Positions 1 through 11,332 of a stretch of DNA of 48,735 nucleotides are shown in pieces; position 1 is the stretch's first letter, and every line of letters begins with the position of its first letter. The notes under the pieces were generated by a model. The model worked only from the letters and a program-made list of their open reading frames with translations. It made no database searches and was not told the DNA's origin. The stretch lies in the NCBI RefSeq assembly GCF_006345805.1, contig NW_021834288.1:1-48735 (forward strand), in the 5' to 3' direction. Made by a program: the position numbers and the translations under genes. Source of the DNA: Octopus sinensis. Lineage: Eukaryota.

Positions 1-66
<66 letters not shown>

Positions 67-75
67 ATAGATAGA
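1..75. repeat. (ATAG)n microsatellite
   Basis: Direct tandem ATAG repeats at the window start. Confidence 0.97.
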
Positions 76-779
76 TAAACACATATATTAATAGAATTAA
101 TTAATCAATTTATAATTATTAATCTTACCAACTAGTTCGGTATGTTAAAAGAACCATTATCGGTAAACTTATACAAAAATTATTATAATTATAAACATAA
201 TTATAATTAGGGTTTAGCATACCAAAATTTAGAAATAGCAGTTAAATACTATTCTACTACCATAAGATATCTCCCAGACAGCAATATACTCAACACACAC
301 AGGCAAAGAGAAAAAAATAACGAATCCACCCGGCGTTGATTAACTATATACGCATTTCTGGACGGATAGGTGGCTTGATGGTTGAATGGATGTATGGATG
401 GATTTTTAATTATTTCAAGTTTTCCTGTAAAGAAGGAGCTGGTATCTTACAAAGAAACGTCTTTAATGTTTCCACTCTTCCGCTTACAGACTGTCCTCGT
501 AATGTAAATCTACCGGCATCTTAGTTGGTTGATTTCTTTTTTCTGAAAACCGTATTTTTAAAAACTTTATTACAAGACTTCACTTATAGATTTACTAACA
601 CAACGGAATGCATACGTATGGATATGCTCGATTTAGGAATGGTTTCAGGTTCAGTTCCAAGCCGCAGCACCTTGAGCAAATGTCCTCTACTATAACAACA
701 GACCGACTAATGCTTTGTGAGTGAATTCGGATTGCAAGTTGCGAAAACTACAACAGAAAATGTGTTGCAAATAAAAAGC

Positions 780-993
780 TTAGATTTTCGACCCCATGTC
801 GAATTTATCATTTTTTTTCAGAATTGGGGGGACTTTTCAAAGTTTTCGCTGCGTTAGTTTTGAATTATGACATTGGGCTATGTGTGTGTCAAGTTTTATC
901 AGAATCAGTTGAAAGCCGTGGTCAGGGTGAGGGTACAACCTGACAGACACACAGACACACAGACAGACAAACTACCGTTTATATATAGAGAGA
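780..993 (-). mobile_element. 5' part of a non-autonomous Helitron-like element
   Basis: Minus strand begins A|TCTCTCTATATATAAAC followed by (TGTC)/(TG) repeats. This resembles the TC..TATATATAAA 5' ends of the elements at 3733 and 20109. No CTAG 3' end seen. Confidence 0.5.
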
Positions 994-1429
994 TTTATGT
1001 ATGTGTTTTTCTTGAGAATTTATTTTAAGACTTTTTTTTTTACCTTTGTAGAGTTCACTAACAAATCTGAATTAGTTGATATATATATATATATGTGTGT
1101 GTGTACGTGTTTTTGGCATGTTTGTGCGTGCGAATAAACTTGTATCGTGACACGCGTGGGTGTCAGTGTCACGTTAAACAAAAATATATGTTTCATTGCT
1201 GCTTATGTTTGCGTGTGTTTATATATATTCCACATGTATAGGTGACTGAGTGCATATGTTCACCTAGATACCTGAAATATTTTAAGAGTTTTCACTGTTC
1301 TATAATCGTCTGTACCTGGAAAGCGCAAAGCTATTTGCATTTTTCTTTTGTGGAAAAGATTTTCCCTATATGTATGCATGTCGATAGTCAAGTAATGCAT
1401 GCGTGTATGCATTAATCGGTTGAAAAGTT

Positions 1430-1565
1430 ACATAAATACCAACCACATAGCTCCGGGATCAGTCCCACAGCGTGGCACCTTGGGCAAGTGTCTTCTACTA
1501 TAGCCTCGGGCCGACCAAAGCCTTGTCAGTGGATTTGGTAGACGGTAACTGAAAGAAGCCTGTCG
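1430..1565 (+). mobile_element. OK-like tRNA-derived SINE, 5' half, running into (TA)n
   Basis: aaccacat..ccggg.tcagtcccac.gcgtggcaccttgggcaagtgtcttctactatagcctcgggccgaccaaagccttgt..gaaagaagcc.gtcg. The same block recurs more than 10 times in the window. Confidence 0.85.
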
Positions 1566-1571
1566 TATATA

Positions 1572-1612
<41 letters not shown>

Positions 1613-1616
1613 TATT

Positions 1617-1660
<44 letters not shown>

Positions 1661-1723
1661 CTTTGATACTTTGATAGGTTCGGCCATTATTGGCCCAGGC
1701 CATGTCTAACTTAATAGCATATA

Positions 1724-1760
<37 letters not shown>

Positions 1761-1832
1761 GTATATATAATATATATGTATATATATATGTATATATATA
1801 TATTATGTATATATAGATATATGTATATATAT

Positions 1833-1886
<54 letters not shown>

Positions 1887-1925
1887 AATATATATATATA
1901 AATAATATTATATAAATATATAAGA
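1566..1925. repeat. (TA)n-rich tract
   Basis: Degenerate TA dinucleotide array, interrupted at 1660-1718. Confidence 0.95.
1660..1718 (-). mobile_element. Extreme 3' tail of a CR1-like LINE
   Basis: Minus strand gctattaagttagacatggcctgggccaat..ggccgaacctatcaaagtatcaaag. ccaggccatgtctaacttaatagc is identical to the 3' UTR of the CR1-like fragment near 24338-24361 and ends in tandem 8-mers (TATCAAAG). Confidence 0.6.
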
Positions 1926-2464
1926 AAGATTTTAATGGAATTGCTTTATAGAATTTTAAAATCTCCATGTCATTTTAAATTTACTTTCTTCTCTGCTTCA
2001 TCCGAAATTACTAACAACCACATTAATTTTTGTCGAATATTTTTATAAAACATTTATATCTGTCTCTATCAATTTCCATATTTTACTTTATTCTACTTTA
2101 AATAAATCTAATGTAATTAACGTATCACTAATGATGTTGTACGAATGAGACACAACCATTTCGACATAGTCTATCTGTAAATATTTGAAAAATAAACATT
2201 GTAGGTGAAACGTAATTTAGTTAAATAAATATCAAGAAAAAATACAGCGTATTTTCTTTCATTAAAGAAATAGAAAAATATTTCAGTAACACTTGCTTTT
2301 CTTGCAAAGAAACTAAATAAATCACATGCGAAACAAACCCACAATGCTATTGATATCCATGTTGTTACATTAAGCACAAAATGAGTAATTGTTGAGCAAG
2401 TTACTTAAAATGCGTTCTGTCTTGATTTGAAGGCAATTTAGCTGGTATTTCTACTAATCCTGAA

Positions 2465-2900
2465 CGGCCGCGGGATCTTTTCTGTTTGAACGGCAGTTTT
2501 TTCTAGCGGTGTCATATGAAATTGTCACCCATAATTATGACCCTAGTATCGGTCTATTGCATTTCAATCTCTTTTAGGGTTAGGATTAGGGTTCGGGGTG
2601 AGGTGAAGGGTATCTTTTTTCTTCACAAATGTAAATAAACTCAATCTGTTTCTTAAACGAGGGACATATTCATACGGCACAGAATGTTTTTTACCTCAAT
2701 AAACGTCAGTGATTGATTGAAATGCAGAAATTGAAGAAAAAAACAACAAATATCTTACAAACTATAGAATTTTCTCAATTAAAGCCAAGAGAAAAGATGT
2801 TTTATAAACACATTTCCAGTATACGAAGTTTAAAATGTTTTAGTTACGTTGAAATTATGTTAAAAACTGCCGTTCAAACCGAAGAGATCCCGGCCGCGTA
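2465..2900. mobile_element. MITE-like element with about 30-bp TIRs and internal TTAGGG-like repeats
   Basis: gggatcttttctgtttgaacggcagttttt (2472-2501) is the near-perfect reverse complement of aaaaactgccgttcaaaccgaagagatccc (2862-2891). Right end is followed by ggccgcg-TA. ttagggttaggattagggtt lies at about 2574-2593. Confidence 0.75.
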
Positions 2901-3015
2901 GAAGCTCGCTCATTGGCTCAAAAGCAGTTCATGTTTCTAAATTCAATCCTAAATTCATCTTTAGAAAAACGAATATTAAATTTTATGCCGCTCACATATA
3001 CGCAAAATTAAATTT

Positions 3016-3320
3016 GTGGAGGCGCAATGGCCCAGTGGTTAGGGCAGCGGGCTCGCGTTCGGAGGATCGCGGTTTCGATTCCCAGACCGGGCGTTGTGTG
3101 TGTTTATTGAGCGAAAACACCCAAAGCTCCAGGAGGCTCGGTAGGGGGGGGAGACCCCTGTTATACTCTTTCTCTCAATCTTTCTTCCTGTTTCTTGAGT
3201 AACGCTGCGATGGACTGGCGTCCCGTCCAGCTGGGGGGAACACATACGCCACAGAAACCGGGAAACCGGACCCATGAGCCTGGCTAGGCATCAAAAGGGC
3301 GCATAAATAAAATAAAATAA
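3016..3320 (+). mobile_element. tRNA(Arg)-like-headed SINE (OR-like) with Meta/V-like 3' domain
   Basis: Head gtggaggcgcaatggcccagtggttaggg..ggtttcgattccc (A and B boxes). 3' part gctgcgatggactggcgtcccgtccag..gaaaccggg. A-rich tail. Confidence 0.8.
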
Positions 3321-3571
3321 TATATTAACTTTACCTTTATTTATTTATTCATTTACTTGGAAATGTAGTGAGCTAGCAAAATCCATAGCGCGTCGAACAA
3401 TAACGCTTAACGGAAATTCTCCTTTCTCTTTAGGTTCAGAGTTCAAAATACACCGAGATCGTCTGTGTTTTTCCTCCTTTCGTGGTTGATAAAAAAAGTG
3501 TACACTTTGAGTAACTGGGATCAATGATATTGACTAACGTCCAACTCTATCCACCAAAAACAAAATTGCAG

Positions 3572-3700
3572 CCCTTTTACTCTTTTACTCGTTTCAGTCA
3601 TTTGATTATGGTAATGCTGGAGCACCGCCTTTAGTCGAGTAAATCGCCCCCAGGACTTATTCTTTGTAAGCCTAGTACTTATTCAATCGATTCCTTTTTT
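3572..3700 (-). mobile_element. OK-like SINE, 3' half
   Basis: Reverse complement of gaataagtactaggcttacaaagaataagtcctgggg..gactaaaggcggtgctccagc..aaatgactgaaacgagtaaaagagtaaaag. Confidence 0.8.
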
Positions 3701-3732
3701 AAAACACTGGTATTTTTCCTCCCATGTATATA

Positions 3733-4133
3733 TCTTTATATATAAAAGTGAGGTGGTGTGCCGTCTGTCTCCTACGAATTAGATTCCTAACTACTCCCAC
3801 ATTTTGCGGTGCAGTTTAACCAAAACCAGGTATCTTATAGTCGTGATTCATATCGAGCCCTTCTGGGTATTAGCGCGCGTCTACGATGAGTCTACGATTT
3901 AAAAAAAAAATTACCATCAATTTTTCCCATTTTGAATGCATTTTTGGCAATTATAAGGGAAGTGACTCTCTAAAAATTTATTATTAAATCTCAGAACGTA
4001 AAAAGCTACAGTAACACCCCCCCCCCACTTTGTGGTTAGCCATATTGAGATGGCTATTATACTTTACATCTCTAAAAATACTTATATAGTTATTTCCCTT
4101 ACAAACCCTAGCAACGCTGGGCGATACTGCTAG
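3733..4133 (+). mobile_element. Non-autonomous Helitron
   Basis: A|TCTTTATATATAAAAGTG 5' end and gcaacgctgggcgatactgCTAG|T 3' end, inserted between A and T. Termini are shared with 19715-20109. Confidence 0.8.
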
Positions 4134-4253
4134 TGTATATATATATATTAATTAGGAAAAATAGTGTGGAAGATAAAAAAATAGCTAAAAACAGCGTCTG
4201 GTCAGTGTTGGTAAAATATAGTAAATGTGTTATATCGTGAGTGACGATATGTG

Positions 4254-4293
<40 letters not shown>

Positions 4294-5210
4294 ATATACC
4301 ACAGTACCAAATATAACCTTATATCAATAAGCATTATAACAAAAGTTGGTCATCTTATTATAACCGTGCGCACAATAACAATCCAATACTCCAAAGCAGA
4401 ATCAATACCGAGACTAACGCTCTCACAGTTCGACCTCAACTGTCGACAGACTTATATATTTATAAGACTCGTCCAGTTCACTGAGAGTCATGTGTGATGG
4501 TGTCAGTTCACTCCACAACAAAATGAAATTCGTAAACGAAGTTAAATTCGAAAAACATACCTTCATCAGAAAATTTGCTTTTTAGCGTCGCGAGAATCTA
4601 TCATATTTTAGGAAATTTTCGTATAAAATTTATGCTGACTATCGTAGTTTTCTTGAATACGTAGGCGGAAATTTTTATCAGCATTATCTCATTTAAAATC
4701 AGTTGCCAATAGGAATTAGAGCATCCTCAATAATTAAATCAGCTTGCCATTCAGTGAAACATATTGTTTCTCATTTACGTTTAAAGAACATTAGGGCAGC
4801 AAGTTGGTAGAATCGTTAATGTGCATGATAATATGTTTAGCATTATCTTTCTTAGCCTTCTCTTTTACTCTCTTTTACTTGCTTCAGTCATTTGACTGTG
4901 GCCATGTCGGAGCATCGCCTTTAGTCGAGCAAATCTACCCCAGTACTTTTTCTTTGTAAGCTTATACTATTGGTCTCTCGCGCCGAACCACTAAGGTACG
5001 GGAACGTAAACACACCAGCATCAGTTGTCAAGCGATGTTGGGGGAACAAACACAGACACACACACACATATACACACATACACACATACATACATACATA
5101 CATACATACATACATACATACATACATACATACATACATACATACATACATTTCGTTTTTGGATTTGGTTTGCAAGATTCTTTATATGAGTTCGTGTGTT
5201 GAAACATATT

Positions 5211-5410
5211 CTGTTGCGTCTGGGGAGAGTCATTTTCTTTTTGTGCCTTATAACGTAACACACACACCGGTAAAATTTCCACTTATTTCTTATTTTTATT
5301 TTCTAAAATTTTTGGTGCGTCTTGCAACCATTTCGATAGTTTTGAAATCTTACGGTGAGTGTGTTACATTATAAGGCACAAAAAGAAAATGACTCTCCCC
5401 AGACACAACA

Positions 5411-5411
<1 letters not shown>
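5211..5411. mobile_element. 200-bp hairpin/MITE with about 69-bp inverted arms
   Basis: ctgttgcgtctggggagagtcattttctttttgtgccttataacgtaacacacacaccg (from 5211) is the reverse complement, with 3 mismatches, of 5353-5411. Weaker pairing extends to 5279/5343. Confidence 0.85.
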
Positions 5412-5448
<37 letters not shown>

Positions 5449-5545
5449 CGGGAAGGTACGAAATAAACAAAAGACGAAAGGCAGGTGGAGTAGTACAAAG
5501 AACCAATGTATTAGTATAACGCTCAGGAATAGAAATAGAAAAAGT

Positions 5546-5580
5546 CTTTTACGTTCGAGCCTACGCTCTTCGACGGAAAG
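5546..5580 (-). ncRNA. Degenerate minimal type I hammerhead motif in a Penelope-like terminal fragment (about 5446-5647)
   Basis: Minus: CTTT-CCGTCGA-A-GAGC(GTAG)GCTC-GAA-CGT-A-AAAG. Stems I and II pair, but the core is mutated and one A of GAAA is missing. Confidence 0.55.
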
Positions 5581-5649
5581 ATACACAGACAAAAACAAAG
5601 AGAGAAAGAAATGCGTGTAGGAGCTAACGATCTATCATGGCGTCCTATA

Positions 5650-5706
<57 letters not shown>

Positions 5707-5712
5707 TAATAT

Positions 5713-5743
<31 letters not shown>

Positions 5744-6242
5744 CATATATACAACGGGCTTCTTTCAGCTTCTGCCTACCAAATCCACTCACAAGGCTTT
5801 GGTCGGCCCGAGGCTATAGTAGAAGACACTTGCCCAAGGTGCCACGCAGTGGGACTGAACCCGGAACCATATGGTTACTAAGCAAGCTACACTTTGCGTT
5901 TCATCCATTCGTAATCTATAAAAAATATACCAGTTGAGCACTAGTGTCGATGTAATCGACTATCAATTTCCATTAAGACAGTATACCTTGTGCTAAAACT
6001 GGAAACAATTAAAGGCGGATAGCTGAGAGAACCATTAGTGCATGAGACAAAATGTTTGGCTATTTTGTTAACGACTCTTTAATTTCCGAGTTGAAATCCG
6101 TCTGAGGTTAACTTTGACTTTGATCCGTTCATCATCAATAAAAATAAAGTGTCAGACAAATAATGGGGTCGATGTAATCAACTAATCCTCTCTCCCGAAA
6201 ATAGTTGGTTTTGTACCAAAATTAGGAGCAATTAAATAATCA

Positions 6243-6896
6243 TTTCTACTATAGGCGCAATGCCTAGATTTTGTGGTGAAGTGTAAGCCAATTACATCGA
6301 CCCTAGTATTCAACTGGTACTTAATTTATCGACCCGGTATGGGATGAAAGGCAAATTGAACCTCGGCGGAATTTGAACGTAGCGGCAGACGAAATACCTA
6401 TTTCTTTACTACCCACAAGGGGCTAAAGAAATACCTATTTCTTTACTACCCACAAGGGGCTAAAGAAATACCTATTTCTTTACTACCCACAAGGGGCTAA
6501 ACACAGAGAGGACAAACAAGGACAGACAAACAGATTAAGTCTAGTACCTCGACTCCAGTGCGTAACTGGTACTTATTTAATCGGCCCCGATAGAATGAAC
6601 GGCAAAGTCGACCTCGGCGGAATCTGAACTCAGAACGTTGCGGCAGATGAAATATCTATTTCTATTTCTTTACTACCCACAAAGGGCTAAACACAGAGAG
6701 GACAAACAAGGACAGATAAACGGATTAAGTCGATTATATCGACCCCAGTGCGCGACTGGTACTTAATTTATCAACTCCGAAAGGATGAAAGGCAAAGTCG
6801 ACCTCGGCGGAATTTGAACTCAGAATGTTGCGGCAGACGAAAGACCGCTAAACATTTCGCCCGGTGTGCTAACGTTTCTGCCAGCTCGCCGCCTTC
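6243..6896 (-). mobile_element. Multimeric Nin/Deu-domain-like tRNA SINE (head + tandem internal units + tail)
   Basis: Head aaggcggcgagctggcagaaacgttagc at about 6896. Repeated body gccgaggtcgactttgcctttcatcc..taagtaccagtt. 37-bp unit x3 at 6391-6501. Flanked by agcaattaaa(t/c)aat at 6227 and 6898. Confidence 0.85.
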
Positions 6897-6911
6897 AAGC
6901 AATTAAACAAT

Positions 6912-7170
6912 TATTTCTTTATTGCCCACGTGGGGCTAAACATAGAGGGGACAAACAAGGACAGACAAAGACCAGCGACTTCGAAGTAGGAAGTAAATGG
7001 ATTACATTGACTCTACAGATCAACTGGTACTTACTTTATCGACCCCGCAAAGATGAATGGTGAAGTCGACCACCTTGATGAAATTTGAACTCAGAAAATA
7101 CAGACGGACGAAATGCCGCTAAGCATTTTGTCCGATCAGCTAACGATTCTCGATGCTTTGCTGCCTTTTA
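6912..7170 (-). mobile_element. Diverged Nin-like SINE copy
   Basis: Same head, body and spacer motifs as 6243-6896. Confidence 0.75.
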
Positions 7171-7489
7171 TGATGAGAGCGAATAATAAGAAAAGTATAA
7201 GAAGAGAAAGATGCTATTAAATGGTAAAAGAGTGTAAAGAAAGAGTAAAAAATAAAGATCGCAAAATTCTATACAAACGTATTGGTGAAATATATTTAAA
7301 TATTTGCAATTGGAAGTTGGCAATAGCAAATTTAATTTTAGACAGGAGAATAATAAAAACACGGAATGTTTCCAAAAATGATTTACTTAAAGATAATTAA
7401 ATTTGCAACTGTAGTGCACCCACCAAGGGCAAGGGATGTTACAAGAAATACAAAATAACAAATGCAAAACAGATTGTGTGCATACTCGT

Positions 7490-7593
7490 TTATACAGACG
7501 TACATACTTACATACATACATACGTAGATATACACACATATATATACACGCACATGTACATGCTTGTATATATGTGTGTATTTATATATATAT

Positions 7594-7627
<34 letters not shown>

Positions 7628-7808
7628 CATACATCTATAATATATACATATATATATATACACATATGGATACATAGATAAATAGAAGATGTGTAAATAA
7701 ATATATGCAGGTAAAATAATAAGTATATATGACTATATATGTATATGAGTGTTTGTAAATATTCATACACACACACACACACACACACACCCCACACATA
7801 TATATATA

Positions 7809-7848
<40 letters not shown>

Positions 7849-8010
7849 GTGTGTGTGTGTGTATATACAAGTGTCTATATATGTAAATATGCATACATAT
7901 ACGTGTATGTGTATGCATATACACATACATATTTACACACATATACATCTATAAATGCGTACATACATACATAAATATGTACATGCATACATACGTGCTT
8001 AGACGTGCGT
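7490..8010. repeat. Compound (TA)/(CA)/(TG)/(CATA) microsatellite block
   Basis: Direct inspection. Confidence 0.9.
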
Positions 8011-8524
8011 ATTTGTATGTCTGCATGAGTAATTATTATTCTTATTCGAAATACGTCAATCACCTGTTTTCTGCTCGCGGAGAAAAATAACAACAAACAT
8101 TTGTTTACATTTGTCGAACACTTGCAGCATCGTATAAAAGCTCAAAGGCTGGAATACAAATCTAACAATAATAACAATAAACATTTAGTTTTACCTGAAT
8201 ACACATTTATAATTATCCACACACAAACATACCCACACACTCCTGTACGCAACGACAATTAATTGAATTAAAGTCTAAGAAAACTTTAAATTATACTTGT
8301 CAGACCAACTGATTTTTCGGTTCCACCACATTTATTGGCTATAAATAACAATGAGCTATATATATATATATATATATATATAAATATATGGGAAGGAGCG
8401 CAGGAAAAGTAACTTCTGGAAACAAAGTCAGCTAAACTCAAATCTATATCATTCGTTTAACATCGAGTTACCCACTTCCCCTGAATTTACTGGCGTTGAG
8501 CCAAAATTTGAAATCATCATCCCC

Positions 8525-8558
<34 letters not shown>

Positions 8559-8589
8559 ACATCAATATTATTATCATTATTATTGATTG

Positions 8590-9120
8590 AGAGAGCAAAG
8601 TGATACTGGGATAAAATATACGAAGGCCAGTATACCCATCATGACTACCCGTTTGATAAGGGTACACCAGGTACATGTATCACAACCATATGTGCGCGAC
8701 ATGGTGATCTCATATCAAGATTAACAGTGCATGACCTTGCAGGTGAAGCCCAGTTAGAATTTTTTTCAGTTTGGTTAGCCCATCCCGCTCAAATGATCCC
8801 TAAATAAGGGTTGTTTAAGGATGTTGAACGAAACACCCATGTTTCCAAAGGTTAATTATCCAAACCCAAAATAATTCCTCTCAACACATGGCCATGGTGC
8901 TCCCCCACTATTACTGCTCGTGATCAGAGATGCACATATCGTCGCCACTAAGGGACATGCTCAACTGGTTATGGTCAAACACACTGACAAGCAAATTTGT
9001 GGTATTGAGCAGATATTTGCTGTAGCCCATCTTCAATACCAAGACAAAACAATGTACATGAACACTTCTAATCATCTAGATCAGAAGCCATGGAGCCACT
9101 GCCTTGTACTGAATCAGGGC
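8590..9120 (-). repeat. Unclassified interspersed repeat (about 530 bp) bounded by (ATT)n-like tracts
   Basis: Resembles a high-copy octopus repeat as I recall it. Single copy in this window, so not demonstrable from the window alone. ATT-rich tracts at 8565-8585 and 9121-9200. Confidence 0.35.
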
Positions 9121-9200
9121 ATTTATTATCATTATTATTATTATTATTATTATTATATTATTATTATTATTATTTTATTATTATTATTATTATTATTATT
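9121..9200. repeat. (ATT)n microsatellite immediately 5' of the Tx1 LINE
   Basis: Direct inspection. Confidence 0.97.
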
Positions 9201-9432
9201 CCTTCCGACGCCGATGGACGTACGTGAGTCAGCTCCGTGAATTTGACACCAATTTCATTGGAAATCTATTGATAGGTTTGAATATTTTTTAATATTTTTG
9301 TAGCCAAACCGACCGGCTTCTTGCGGAGCTCGTCGGCTGGGCGAAATTTTGCCCCATTCGGGGTGAAATTACGTTTTAAAATTTTGAACATTTGACATTT
9401 TTCAACATTTTGAATATTACAACAAAAAAAAC

Positions 9433-11293
9433 ATGGCTATGAAGCGAACAGTTGGCTGTTCCTTCCTTCAAGATACATTCCCTCCGCAAACACACACAAC
9501 TCGTCCAAAACACCCACTTCACGCCTTAAAAGGCAACAAAGATCCTCCTTCCGAACCGGAGAGCACGCGCTCGTTCAAAAGGAGAATGCAAGCCAGGACG
9601 TCGCGTTCGACGTAATTCTCGATTTTCCCCCTCTGCCTCACCCAATGCTTTGGTACGGAAGGAGGAGAAAAAAACAAATACAAAAATCATCACAAACATT
9701 GACACGGAGATAAAAGAAAAAACTTCCAACAATTTTGCTTCTGCTGCGAAGCAATTTCGGAGGAAGTTAAGATAACTCTAGAAGATGTGAAAAGAGCGAA
9801 GGAGTTGTTGAGGAGGATGGCAATGGCATCTTCCTCAATACTCCACAAGAGGTGATTGAAAGCACCAACAAGAAAACAATAATTTACAAAGTTTTCGACA
9901 GAAAACTAAAAAGAATAACAAATGCCACACCCCAACAGTTGGAGATAGCTCTAAAGCCCATTTGGGCCCAAAAGAGCTACGTAACCAAGGGGAAGCGTTT
10001 TGGAACCATAGAGGTTCGCTTCCCAACAGAGGAGCTTGCAAGGGCGAACGCCATTTCGCCCTTGCAAACTGAGAATTTGTTACTAGTTCCGACCCACCTC
10101 GGGCGAAGAGTAACAAAAATAAAAATCGACCTCGCCCCCCTGAGCTAGATATGTCATGGCTGGTGGCAGCTGTCCTCTATGATATAGAGGACTCTACCAC
10201 CATTCTAGATGTCAGGAGAGTGAGGGCGAAAAACTGGTTGGGGATGGGAGTGCTGCTTCTTGCGCAAATTCAGCAAGAAATATAAGTAAAGTCCCTGATT
10301 TCGTAAGTTTGCCGGACGGCACCAGGCTAAACGTTGCTGTGGAGGGGCGAAAGCCAAAATGTTTTCTCTGCAGCAGCGAAAGCCACTTAAAGAGGGACTG
10401 TCCCATTCACAAAAAGAGGATGGAGGCTTCAGCAAGAGGCAGCAGCAACAACAACACAACAACAACAACAACACAAGCAACAACAACAGAAACAACAAAA
10501 ACAGCAAGAAACACCAAAGGCTGCCACACCACCAACACCATCACCAACACCAGCACCAAGACGAACAACACCACCTCCAACAACAACAACCACCACCAAA
10601 CCAACACCGACAACCACCACCAAACCAACACCGACACCAGTACCTCGAAGGTCGACAGCAGCGACATCAACAGTAACAGGAGCAGCGGCACCACCGATAC
10701 CGGCGGAACCAAAAACTTTTCGTCCTGCTACTGAAGCAGACCCCTCAACCATTCCTTTGCCGGATGAAGAGATCTCGGATTGTGCGAGCTCTGATTCCAA
10801 CAAAGGAGAATGGAACATAGTGCCTCCAAAAAAGAAAAGGAGGAAAAAACAAAAAGATTTACAGGGGAAACACGAACAAATAGTACTTCCCAACATCAAC
10901 AACAACATCAACAACAACACACACTCACAACAACAAACAACAACAACAACACTTTCGACACCACTACTGCCACTACCACAGACACAAACAAACACAGCAC
11001 AATTACAGACAAATTACAGCAGTGAATACAAGAAACCAGGAACTGGTTGAGTATTTGAAAACAAAACAAGCACAAACATTACAGATTTCATAATACCTAC
11101 ACACAACACACCACCAGCACACATTCTCACAATAAAAATAAACAAAACAGTTTACAACGAAATAAAACAAATATTCCCTAACGATGTGGGATCGTTAGGG
11201 AAAAGTTTCTCTCAGAAACTTTACAAAAATATTATTGAAGCACCCGTGCAAAAGCACAAGGGAGCCACCCCCACCACCAACAACAGTAAGTAG
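9433..11293 (+). pseudogene. Tx1 ORF1 (gag-like, zinc knuckle), frameshifted in this sequence
   Basis: Joined frames give ..IDL/PPELDMSWLVAAVLYDIEDS..Q/NISKVPDFVSLPDGTRLNVAVEGRKPKCFLCSSESHLKRDCP (CX2CX4HX4C), then a Thr/Asn-rich low-complexity region. Last frame ends at TAG 11291-11293. Start codon uncertain. Confidence 0.75.
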
Positions 11294-11332
11294 AGCCTTT
11301 TTTCTCCTTTTTTTCCCCCTAACTTTTGAAAC

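Larger units (their letters stand above)
4860..5895 (-). mobile_element. OK-like SINE whose internal microsatellite is expanded and carries two nested inserts
   Basis: 3' half at 4860-5070 and 5' half at 5750-5895, same orientation. They are separated by (CATA)n/(TA)n, a hairpin element (5211-5411) and an HHR-bearing fragment (5446-5647). Confidence 0.75.

Noticed and set aside
4287-4520. Possible solo LTR (TG..CA, TATA-like box on minus)
   Set aside because: No target-site duplication and no second copy or internal region to support it.
4530-4575. CTGATGA..CGAA on the minus strand, hammerhead-like
   Set aside because: Stem II and stem III cannot be formed convincingly.
6391-6501. 37-bp triple repeat resembling a CRISPR-length repeat
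   Set aside because: Units are contiguous with no spacers and lie inside a SINE in eukaryotic DNA.
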